Positions 52,334-62,578 of a stretch of 64,000 nt of DNA are shown piece by piece. The DNA is from Octopus sinensis (taxonomy: Eukaryota), in contig NC_042998.1 in the NCBI RefSeq assembly GCF_006345805.1, forward strand, positions 94,116,001 through 94,180,000, written 5' to 3'. The translations under genes and the position numbers were made by a program. Under the pieces are notes generated by a model, which saw only the letters and a list, made by a program, of their open reading frames with translations, had not been told where the DNA came from and ran no database searches. Position 1 is the first letter of the stretch, and every line of letters starts with the position of its first letter.

Positions 52334-52750
52334 GCTTATGCGTATACATTTAAGTATGTACATATACATATGTATATATGCATATATATATATTAGTATA
52401 TATTTATATTAGTATATGATTGAACACCAGGCATCCTTTTCCAAGTAAGTTTTATCATCATCATCATCATCATCGTTTAGTGTCCGCTTTCCATGCTAGC
52501 ATGGGTTGGACGGTTCTACTGGGGTCTGTGAAGCCAGAAGGCTTCATCAGGCTCAGTCAAATGTGGGAGTGTTTCTACGGCCGGATGCCCTTCCTAACGC
52601 CAACCACTCCGTGAGTGTACCTATATACATATATATATATATATATATACCTGAGTAAGCACAAAAATACAAGAGGTGGGAAAAATAGTACTTGAATACC
52701 AGAGGTAGAGTAATATGCTTTATTAAAAAACAACATAAATATCACAAAAA

Positions 52751-52788
52751 CTGTTACTCAGAGTTTCACGTTCCCGTTTGTCAGACAG
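52751..52788 (-). ncRNA. Minimal hammerhead motif with core G8 mutated
   Basis: CTGT-CTGACAA-ACG/GGAA/CGT-GAAA-CTCTGAG-TA-ACAG; part of a short repeat at ~52630-52790. Confidence 0.6.
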
Positions 52789-52820
<32 letters not shown>

Positions 52821-54664
52821 CTGTGTTTGTCCCTGCCACCATCACTTGACAACTGAGGTAGGTGTGTTTACATCCATGTAAATTAACAGTTTGGCAAAAG
52901 AGACTGATAGAATAAGTACTAGGCTTGCAAAGAATAAGTCTTGGGGTTGATTTACTCGACTAAAGAGGGTGCTCCAGCATGGCCACAGTCAAATGACTGA
53001 AACAAGGAAAAGAATAAAAGAATATCTAGAAACAGAAGGAAAGCAGTGCCATGTAAAGGGCTAAAGGAAAGAAATATCTTGGGAGTATTCTGTATGGTGA
53101 AGACACATGTAAGAGCAGACATGGCTGTATGGTTAAGAAGCTTGCTTTGCAGCCTCTTAGTTCCAGGTTCAGTCCCACTGAGAAGCACATTAGGTAAGTG
53201 TTTTCTACAATAGCCTTAGACCAACCAATGCTTAAGGAGTAGATTTAGTAGATGGAATCTGTGTAGAAGCCTGTCATATATGTGTGCATTTAAATAAAGT
53301 TGAAAGCTGAACTTGGAAAATTAAGTAGAACTCACAGTAAGCTCCAGCTGAAGAACTAGCTATCAGTTTACACAGTAATTAAATGACTATGCATCTAAAA
53401 ATCCAATATACACAACAGTATTTCCACTGTGGTGTGTGTATGTGTGTGTGTCTGTGTGTCTGTGTGTACATGGGTGTCTTTGTGTTTGTCCTATCCCACC
53501 TCTTGACAATTGGTAATGGTTTGTTTATGTCCATTTATGTCCCTGTAACTCAGAGGATGTACTAGATTACATACCTAACTTTAAAAAATTAGAGAGAGGT
53601 CGATTTGTTTAGTTAAAACCTTCAAGGCAATGCCCCAGCATGGTCAGAGTCCTAAGTCTGAGAGAAAACTAAAAGAAAAAGGTATGAGAGAGACTGACCA
53701 ACAATTGTAAAGGTAATCTCAATTAATGAAAGTTATTTTTCACCTAACTCTATTACATGCGTAGGACCTTATTAATATTTAGCCTGAATGATAGAGGTTA
53801 AGGCTTGATAGAGAGAAATGAGGTGAACATGTACTGCTGGATGTGCAATGAAGGTGTGCATAAATGACAAAGCAGAAATGATCTGAGAGGAAAACTGAAT
53901 AAAGAGGAATTAAGTATTGTGTATGAGATAAAACGCTGTGCTGGTATGAACAAGTGATGCATATGGATGATGACAGTTGACTAAAGGAGTGTCAAGCAAT
54001 TTCACTGGAAGGAACCTGCAGAAGAGAAAAACCAAGGAAGATATGGGAAGAAGCATTGAAGGTTGAGCTCAAGAGGTTGAACCTTCAAAGTTAAGATAAC
54101 TGCAACAACAGGTGAGATATTGTAACAGATAAGATCTAGCCAGCCCATGCACACATGAAAGAAAATTAATGTAAAAAGTTGATGATCATGATGACAATAT
54201 ATGTGTGTGTGTGTGTAGAAAGTGAGAGAAAGAGACAAATAGATAGACAGATAGACAGACAGACATCATGCTACTGTGCTATCACTACTATTTTTTATAT
54301 TTTTGAACTGTTTTTATTATTTATATAGCTTTTTCATCAGTTTTTTTCTGTAACATGGCATTCCTCTTATTTTTCCTTTCACTTCATCATCAAACCTACC
54401 ACATCCTCTCTCCCTCCATATCTTCCTCTCACAATACAATTACACTTACACACTACCCTCCTACATCCCTACTATCCCATGCTACTCCACTCCCATACTC
54501 ACACTGTTCCACACACTTCAAAATACCACTATTCCACTCCCTATCCCCAACTCTATACATGGATACCCTTCTATGCATACACACACCACACCTCCTTCCT
54601 TTCACTTCCTTAGAACTGCATTTCCACCTGGCCCTTATCCTCCACCTTTTTTCAACCACACTTT

Positions 54665-55050
54665 CTTATTATTCTTTTACTTGTTTCAGTCATTTGATGC
54701 GGCCATGCTGGAGCACCACCTTTAGTTGAGCAAATCGACCCCAGGAATTATTCTTTGTAAGCCTAGTACTTATTCTATTAGTGTCTTTTGCCGAACCGCC
54801 ATGTTACCAGGACGTAAACACACCAGCATCGGTTGTCAAGTGATGTTGGGGGGACAAACTCAGACACACAAACATAGACACACACATACATATATACGAC
54901 AGGCTTATTTCAGTTTCTATCTACCAAATCCACTCACAACGCTTTGGTCAGCATGAGGCTATAGTAGAAGACATTTGCCCAAGGTGCCATACAGTGGGAG
55001 TGAACCCTGAACCATGTGGTTGGTAAGCAAGCTACTTACCACACAGCCAA
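54665..55050 (-). mobile_element. SINE family A
   Basis: Well-conserved full copy. Confidence 0.88.
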
Positions 55051-55485
55051 TTCTGTGCCTATATATTTTCCTCATTACTTTTTCTGATGAAAGATTAACA
55101 TCCAAGACATCAAGGCACTTGTATTCTTTTTAAGAGTTACACTAATACAACGTTTATAAAAACTTGTCCCTCCTGTATTGCCCATGTTTTTTTTCTTTGT
55201 GCTCATTGCCTAATATATACACGCATGTGTGTGTGTGTGTAGATAGTTAGAATGAGATGGAGGGACACAGAGAATGTATAGTGGGATTTAAAGTAGCTTT
55301 GTTAAAGTATACAGTAATGTCACACAATATAGCTGGAATTTCATGTTACAATTTAAAGATAGTTAGTAATGATGAAGAGGAGGAGGGAGAAGAGGACAAT
55401 GAAAATGACAACTGATAACAAATAGTATTTCACAGAGATAATTATGTATACAATTGCTATTTAATAACATTGTCATATATATATA

Positions 55486-55790
55486 TCACCGTCACCGTCA
55501 CTGACCAGGCTATCAGGTGTTGCTACACATCGCTGGTCACAATGCGCTTCGCATTGTTTTAGCCTTCAAATGACGCCACCCCGCTGGCTAAGAGAGCAGG
55601 CCAACAGAAGAAAGAGTGAGAGAAAGTTGTGGCAAAAGAGTACAGCAGGGATCGCCTCCCCCCCTGCCGGAGCCTCGTGGAGCTTTAGGTGTTCTCGCTC
55701 AATAAACACTCACAACGCCCGGTCTGGGAATTGAAACCATGATCCTACGACCGTGAGTCCACTGCCCTAACCACTGAGCCATTGCGCCTC

Positions 55791-55791
<1 letters not shown>
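55486..55791 (-). mobile_element. tRNA-derived SINE, family C, with (GTGACG)n tail
   Basis: Minus strand begins GGAGGCGCAATGGCTCAGTGGTTAGG (perfect box A) ... GGTTTCAATTCCC (box B-like). Confidence 0.85.
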
Positions 55792-55844
<53 letters not shown>

Positions 55845-55848
<4 letters not shown>

Positions 55849-56552
55849 CCTTTGCCTTGTAAGGATGTAGTCAATTTGGCTGGTATGTTGGCCCGATTGG
55901 TAAGTGACTAGGTGGTTGGTAGGTTTCCTGAAGTTAGTGTTGCAAATCATAAGATTATTTGCATCGCAGGACTCCAGCAGCCTGGTTCCCTCCTCGTTGC
56001 GGGAGCCATAGCCATAGCCTCCATGTACGCCATGGAAGCCCCCAGCATGTCGTCCAACGTGACCATTGAAGTCACCAGCCACAAAGATAAGGTCTCTGTC
56101 GTTCGTCAACGAGGTAGTCTGCAGTAGAGTGTCATAGAATCGGTCTTTCTGTCCATCGGGTAGCCCCGACTGAGGAGCATAGGCTGATATAATGGTTGCT
56201 AAACTATGATGAAGCACTAATCTAATCTTAAGTATTCTGTCACATACTCTGATTACCTCAATTACTTATCTACCCATTTCTCAGCGATAAGTATACCCAC
56301 GCCACCAACCCCGTCAGTGTTCCCTGCCCAGAAAATCTTGTACCTGCGTTCCTTGCCTGTGAGGAACCTAGCTGATCCTCCTCTCCACCTTATTTCTTGC
56401 ATGCAACATATATCCACACATCTCCGTTCAAGCATCTCGACTATCTCACCAGACCTACCTTTCAGAGTGCCAACGTTGAGGGTGCCAACCCTGAGGGTGT
56501 GGGAGGCATGGGCTCTAGAGACCCTGGGACGGTGGACAGTAGCTTCGTGTAC
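55845..56552 (-). pseudogene. AP endonuclease domain of the RTE ORF (inverted segment)
   Basis: TLNVGTL, QEIRW, AYAPQ, GDFNGH and IDYILTRQRE motifs. An apparent 1-bp deletion at ~56265 (GATAAG[G]TAATT) shifts the frame. Confidence 0.93.
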
Positions 56553-57288
56553 CTGAAAAGAAAGCTCGCATTTGGCAGAATTCATGTGCAAGAAATGAAG
56601 TAGTAAAGTAGCCTTCAGTACAACCTGCATAACGCTAGCCTTTCATATTTTGCACTGTATGAACATTACCTTACATAGGTCGAGACTAGGGGTAGGAGGG
56701 GTAGGGATGCTGAGAGCATTTGCAGTCTTCATGGGAAGCAACCCCGGAATGGCAGAGAATAGGAACTTCCGGCATGCGTGGTGGGGGTGGGAGGGCGGGT
56801 GCACCGTAGCTGAGTAAAGAGGTTCTGTTAATCGTATGAGCTAGCAAATGGGTTTGTATGAATCGGGAGACAACACTAAACGAAAAATTGAAAAATCAGA
56901 GTGGCTATGAACCTGTAGACAAGTCTAAACGAAAAAAAAATGTTTGAGCTAGACAGGGTAATGACGGAATACTGAAAGAATGAGGGACAATACAATGAGA
57001 TGGAAACTGAAGAATAGAGAAAGAATAAGAATAAGTGCAAGAAAGAAGGTAGTCGTAGCGAGGTTGGACGATTCACTTAACTTTTAGCCATTCATGATCT
57101 GTGCGTATTCTTTAGATATTTTGAAGCGAGTGGGGTTAACGATAAATGCGATCGCTCTTTTATATATGGCGATGATGGTTTTGGGAAGGGGGGGGGCATA
57201 GAGAACCATGGCGATGATGGTTATGGGAAGGGGGGACATAGAGAGAGAGAGATAGGGTTAGTTAGAGAGAGAGGTCAAGGGACACGTG

Positions 57289-59685
57289 ACAAGGCAAAGG
57301 GAGAGATGGCTGCTTATAAATGCCAAAACCTTCCCAGGTGAAGAATGTACCCCACAACATAGACTGGTAGTTAGTGACTTTAGGATCAGGACTAGGAGGA
57401 CAACCAGAAGACGACAAATATGGAGAAGAAGGATCTGGAAGCTTAAAGATCCTGCAAATGGACAGAGATTTAGGGACATATTACTTGAAGCCTCTGACGA
57501 AGTAGAAGGGGATAGAGCATCACAGGGGGTAGAAGACAGCTGGACGTTTCTAAGGGACAACCTGCTGAGAGCCACTGACCAGATCTGTGGCTGGTGCAAA
57601 GTCCCCTCTCGACCTAGAATAACGTGGTGGTGGAACAATATTGTAGACAGGGCTATTAGAGAAAAGAGACAGGCTTGGAAGGTCTGGAAAAATGGGGGTA
57701 GCAGGGGATTGTATCAGACTGCCAAAAGAGAAGCTAGGAGACAGGTTTATTTAGCCAGAGGGGAAGCAGATAAGAAAAAATTTGCCAATGTTCTGCGCCG
57801 TGAGGACCAAAGACTGGAGGTGTTTCGTGTTGCAAGACAGTGTGTGAGAGAGAATCGTGATGTGGTAGGAGAGAAGTGTGTTCGCATGGAAGATGGTTCA
57901 CTTGCGCTAAATGAGGATGCAAAGAGAGAGGTTTGGAGATGCCACTATGAAAGGTTGCTGAATGTAAAAAATGAATGGGATAAAGAGAGTCTGCCGAATG
58001 TTGACCCAACAGAGGGACCAGCTATCCGAGTTGATAGTTCCGTGGTAGCTAAGGCAGTTAGAAGCATGAAGACAGGGAAAGCCCCAGGCCCATCAGGAAT
58101 CACTGCAGAGATGCTCAAAATGTCTGGTAGTGTCGGCTATAGCCTAGTCACCCGTATAGTTAATCAGGTGATACACAAAGGGGTCATACCCAATGACTGG
58201 TGTAGCAGTATAATAGTCAACTGCTACAAAGGTAAAGGTGATGCCCTAGATACAAATAACTACAGAGGTATCAAGCTGTTGGACCAGGTGATGAAGGTTA
58301 CGGAGAGGGTCATAGCCCAACTAATTAGAGAGAGAGTTAGTTTAGATGAGATGCAGTTTGGGTTTGTGCCAGGGAAAAGTACTACTGATGCTATATTCCT
58401 GGTAAGGCAGCTGCAGGAGAAATACCTAGCCAAAGATAAGCCCCTGTACCTGGCTTTTGTTGACATGGAGAAAGCCTTCGACAGGGTCCCCCGATCCCTT
58501 ATCTGGTGGGCAATGAGGAAACTAGGGATAGATGAATGGTTAGTGAGAGCTGTGCGGGCCATGTATAGGGACGCCGCTAGTAGGGTGAGGGTTGGAAATG
58601 TGTACAGTGAAGAATTCCGGGTAGAGGTAGGAGTCCACCAAGGCTCAGTACTCAGCCCCCTCCTATTTATCATAGTCCTCCAGGCAATAACGGAGGAATT
58701 CAAGACAGGATGCCCTTGGGAGCTCCTCTATGCTGATGACCTTGCTCTAATTGCTGAGTCGCTATCAGAACTGGAGGAGAAGTTTCAGGTGTGGAAACAA
58801 GGATTAGAATCGAAGGGCCTCAGAGTCAATCTAGCTAAAACCAAAGTCGTAATCAGTAGGAAGGTAGACAAATCACAAACACCTTCAGGTAGATGGCCCT
58901 GCTCGATCTGTAGAAAAGGTGTAGGTAGAAACTCTATAAGATGCACCAAGTGTAAGCTATGGACACATAAGAGATGCAGCAATGTCAAAGGAAGGCTAAC
59001 TAGGAAGATGGTTTTTGTATGTGGCAGATGCTCAGGAACAATAAACACTGAAAATGCTCTGAGACCAACTTCCGTCACTTTCCAGGGAGAAAAACTAGAA
59101 ATAGTTGATAGTTACCGTTACCTAGGTGACCAAGTCAGCAGCGGGGGCGGGTGTGCTGAAAGTGTAACTGCTAGAGTAAGAATAGCTTGGGCAAAGTTCA
59201 GAGAGCTCTTACCTCTGCTGGTGACAAAAGGCCTCTCGCACAGAGTGAAAGGCAGACTGTATGATGCGTGTGTACGAACAGCCATGCTACATGGCAGTGA
59301 AACATGGGCCGTGACTGCTGAGGATATGCGTAAGCTCGCTAGAAATGAAGCCGGTATGCTCCGATGGATGTGTAATGCCGGTACTTACACTCGGCAGAGT
59401 GTAAGTACCTTGAGAGAAAAGCTGGACCTAAGAAGCATCAGTTGTGGTGTGCAAGAGAGACGTTTGCGCTGGTATGGTCATGTGGCGAGAATGGATGAAG
59501 ATAGTTGTGTGAAAAAGTGCCACACCCTAGCGGTTGAGGGAACCTGTGGAAGAGGCAGACCCAGGAAAACCTGGGACGAGGTGGTGAAGCACGACCTTCA
59601 AACTTTAGGTCTCACTGAGGAAATGACTAGAGACCGAGACCTCTGGAAGTGTGCTGTGCGCGAGAAGACCCGGCAGGACAAGTGA
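57289..59685 (+). CDS. RTE ORF remainder: end of APE, reverse transcriptase (YADD at 58729), PHD-like finger, C-terminus
   Basis: Uninterrupted frame of ~798 codons with KAPGPSG, QFGFVPGKST, DMEKAFD, GVHQGSVLSP and LLYADD. It lacks its own start because of the inversion. Confidence 0.93.
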   Translation, partial: TRQRERWLLINAKTFPGEECTPQHRLVVSDFRIRTRRTTRRRQIWRRRIWKLKDPANGQRFRDILLEASDEVEGDRASQGVEDSWTFLRDNLLRATDQICGWCKVPSRPRITWWWNNIVDRAIREKRQAWKVWKNGGSRGLYQTAKREARRQVYLARGEADKKKFANVLRREDQRLEVFRVARQCVRENRDVVGEKCVRMEDGSLALNEDAKREVWRCHYERLLNVKNEWDKESLPNVDPTEGPAIRVDSSVVAKAVRSMKTGKAPGPSGITAEMLKMSGSVGYSLVTRIVNQVIHKGVIPNDWCSSIIVNCYKGKGDALDTNNYRGIKLLDQVMKVTERVIAQLIRERVSLDEMQFGFVPGKSTTDAIFLVRQLQEKYLAKDKPLYLAFVDMEKAFDRVPRSLIWWAMRKLGIDEWLVRAVRAMYRDAASRVRVGNVYSEEFRVEVGVHQGSVLSPLLFIIVLQAITEEFKTGCPWELLYADDLALIAESLSELEEKFQVWKQGLESKGLRVNLAKTKVVISRKVDKSQTPSGRWPCSICRKGVGRNSIRCTKCKLWTHKRCSNVKGRLTRKMVFVCGRCSGTINTENALRPTSVTFQGEKLEIVDSYRYLGDQVSSGGGCAESVTARVRIAWAKFRELLPLLVTKGLSHRVKGRLYDACVRTAMLHGSETWAVTAEDMRKLARNEAGMLRWMCNAGTYTRQSVSTLREKLDLRSISCGVQERRLRWYGHVARMDEDSCVKKCHTLAVEGTCGRGRPRKTWDEVVKHDLQTLGLTEEMTRDRDLWKCAVREKTRQDK

Positions 59686-60624
59686 GTCCATAACCCGTGG
59701 CCTTCTACATGGGATGGAGCCAGCCTACGTATGCATACCTTCCCTTCTTGGGACACAAAACTCTACTTGTGAAGACGTGTTGAGGCAAGTGAGGATCAGA
59801 ATCGAAATCGATCAATGGAAATTGCGGATGTGCTACCAGTGCCGGTGGCATGTCAAAACTCTGCTTGTGAAGACCCGTTGAGGCAAGTGAGGATCAGAAT
59901 CGAAATCGATCAATGGAAATCGATCAATGGAAATTGCAGATGTGTTACCAGTGCCGGTGGCATGTAAGAGAACTTTCCGTTTCGCGACCATTGCCAGCAA
60001 CGCCCCGTTTCGTGTCCGTTGCCAGCCTCGCCTGGCCCTCGTGCCGGTGGCACATAAAAAGCACCATCCGTTCGTGGCCGTTTGCCAGCTCTGTCTGGCA
60101 CCAGTGCGGGTGGCACGTAAAAAGCACCCACTACACTCACGGAGTGGTTGGCGTTAGGAAGGGCATCCAGCCGTAGAAACACCGCCAGATTTGACTGGGC
60201 CTGATGAAGCCTTCTGACTTCACAGACCCCAGTAGAACCGTCCAACCCATGCTAGCATGGAAAACGGACGCTAAACGATGATGATGATGATGATGATGAT
60301 ATATATATATATATATATATATACAGTATAGTATAAAGCTTGTCCACCTTCAGATGTATCCAGTAGTAGTATTATACATACTTCCAGGTTTGTGTTTGGG
60401 CATTTGTTGTGTATGAATAGATAAATGAAATGATAATGCAGGAAAATGGCTGTATAATCAAGTACCTGCATGCCGTACTCCTTCTTGTTGACTCCAAATT
60501 TTTCAATTATGTGCACGCACACACACACACATAACAGGGGAAATAGATTTTGTGTATGGAAGATGCACAGTTACATCGAAATATGTACAGAAAATAGACT
60601 TTATCAACTGCCTGGTGGGTATGC

Positions 60625-61030
60625 TAAAGGTAGTAGATAGCTTCCTTTATCTAAGTAACCAAGTTAGTAGTGGAGATGGATGCTCTGAAAGTGCAGCTGT
60701 GAGAATAAGACAGGGCAAAGTTCAGAGAGCCCCTAACTCTGATGGCAACAAAGGGCCTCTTCCCTAGAGTGAAAGGCAGATTGTATGATGGCAGTGAAAC
60801 ATGGGATGTGATAGCCGAGGACATGCATAGGTTTGAAAGATATGAAGCCAGCATGCTTCACTGGACGTGCAATGTCAGTGTGATTGTTTGACAGAGTGTA
60901 AGCATCTTGAGAGAGAAAAGTTAAGCATAAGAGGCATCAGATGTGGTGTACAAGAGAGATGGCTGTGCTGGCATGGTCATGTGATGTGTATGGATGAGGA
61001 CAGCCGAGTAAAGAAGTGCCAATCTCCATA
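60625..61030 (+). mobile_element. Old degraded RTE fragment
   Basis: KVVDSFLYLSNQVSSGDGCSES... is homologous to 59100-59530. Confidence 0.8.
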
Positions 61031-61039
61031 GGAGAATTG

Positions 61040-61480
61040 GCACAACAAATAGCAACCAGTCATGCACCTGCAGTTGTTTAACTTCTTATTCACTGTGTTA
61101 TGGCGAGCGATACCCAGGTTTGTGGTTGATGCAGCAAGGTCAGAGAGGAGGAATATGTCACAGCACATTGCATCCCAAATTAGGGATTTTCCTCCCTTGT
61201 ACAAGTAGAGGGTTATTCCATTATGGCACTCACCATTCCTACAGGCTCCTGTTGTGATGGGGATCCAGTTGCATCAAGGCCCGTTCAGAATGGTGTAACA
61301 CACACTATGTCTGCAAGTCAAATTCATCAACTACAACTCTACAAAAGCCTTTGTCTGGTTCACATGTGCAGAGAACAAGGTGCAGGTCCACTCCAATATG
61401 AGTGTACTCATCATCACAAAGGGTACCAGTAGATGAGGAGGGCAACAAACTGAGTCAACTACCATTGTCTGGCTTCAAAG
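61040..61480 (-). mobile_element. CRE-clade (restriction-like endonuclease) non-LTR retrotransposon remnant
   Basis: LPSSSTGTLCDDE.THIGV.L.L...CEP and EPVG....NGITLYLYKGGKSLIWDAMCCDIF resemble CRE C-terminal LPS..LGT.LD...CEPH and EP.G....RPDG.T..P...GK.L.WD.TC motifs. Confidence 0.6.
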
Positions 61481-61845
61481 GGGAATATAGGAAGGTGAGG
61501 CAGTGCTGGTCTAAGGATGTCTCAATCTGCTTGAAGGCAGATTTGATATATAAGTGTGTGTGAGTGTGTATGTGTGTGCACGTAAATGCACCTCAGCGCC
61601 ACACAAATGGCACCTATGCCGGTGGCACATAAAAGCACCCTTTACACTCTTGGAGTGGTTGGCATTATGAAGGGCATCCAGCCATAGAAAACTATGCTAA
61701 ATGAGACTGGAGTCTGGTGTAGCCTTCCAGCATGCCAGCCCAGTCAAATCATCCAACCCATGCCAGCATGGACAATGGACGTTAAATGATGATGATACAT
61801 ATATTCTCTTTTTCTTTTTCTTATATATATATATACATATATATA

Positions 61846-61876
<31 letters not shown>

Positions 61877-62203
61877 TATTCATATACATATACATATATA
61901 TATATATGAAATTAAATCATCTACAATCAACATCTGTTTTCCATGCTGGCATGGTTTGTTGGACAGTTTGACAGGAGCTGGCAAATCAGAAGACTATGCC
62001 AAGCTCCACTGCCAGCTTTGTCACGGTTAACTTTACAGCTTAACTTAGAGTAACTAGTAGCATGAATTTGAAGAACATAAACAAATACAAGTATATCAAA
62101 TACTGTACAACATAAATTCATGATTTATTAAAATCATTGCTGCTTCTAAAGTATATATCATAATTACCCAATGGGAGTTAAGACCAGCTCCATAGGAGAA
62201 CAG

Positions 62204-62241
<38 letters not shown>

Positions 62242-62281
62242 GGAGAGAGACAGAGACAGAGAAAGAGAAGTTAGACAAGGC

Positions 62282-62578
62282 TGGTTTATGGGGTTACCCT
62301 GGGTTTCACATCCATAAAGCACTTAGCTTTACAGTGTATCATCAGATCCCAAAACCTGTTGTCTGATGGCCTCTCTAGCAAGTGGCCTCTCTAGAAAATG
62401 GACGAGGAAAAGGTTTTGTTACCTTATGTCAACATCCGGAGATTGTCTCCCTTTGGCTGTTGATCATAAATGACCCTGTTATCGTGTGGCTTCCAGTAGC
62501 CCAGCAGGAATTTCCTGAAGTGCAAGCATGGTCCGAAGACCTCTACTCTGGAGTTAAGGATGTTCCCCGGTTGAGAAC
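62282..62578 (-). mobile_element. Penelope-like element 3' end: ORF C-terminus plus hammerhead-bearing terminal repeat
   Basis: ILNSRVEVFGPCLHFRKFLL matches the LN.R.E...C.H..KFLL end of GIY-YIG PLE proteins; hammerhead at 62351..62289. Confidence 0.7.
62289..62351 (-). ncRNA. Type I hammerhead motif with long stem II
   Basis: TGGGAT-CTGATGA-T-stem II (ACAC.TGTAAAGC/GCTTTATG.GATGT)-GAAA-CCCAGGG-TA-ACCCCA. Confidence 0.65.

Larger units (their letters stand above)
55845..60300 (+). mobile_element. Young RTE-clade LINE, 5' 1.44 kb inverted
   Basis: The APE domain and 5' region are on the minus strand (57288..55845). The rest of the ORF, the 3' UTR and the (GAT)n tail are on the plus strand (57289-60300). 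(TA)n lies on both flanks. Confidence 0.95.
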
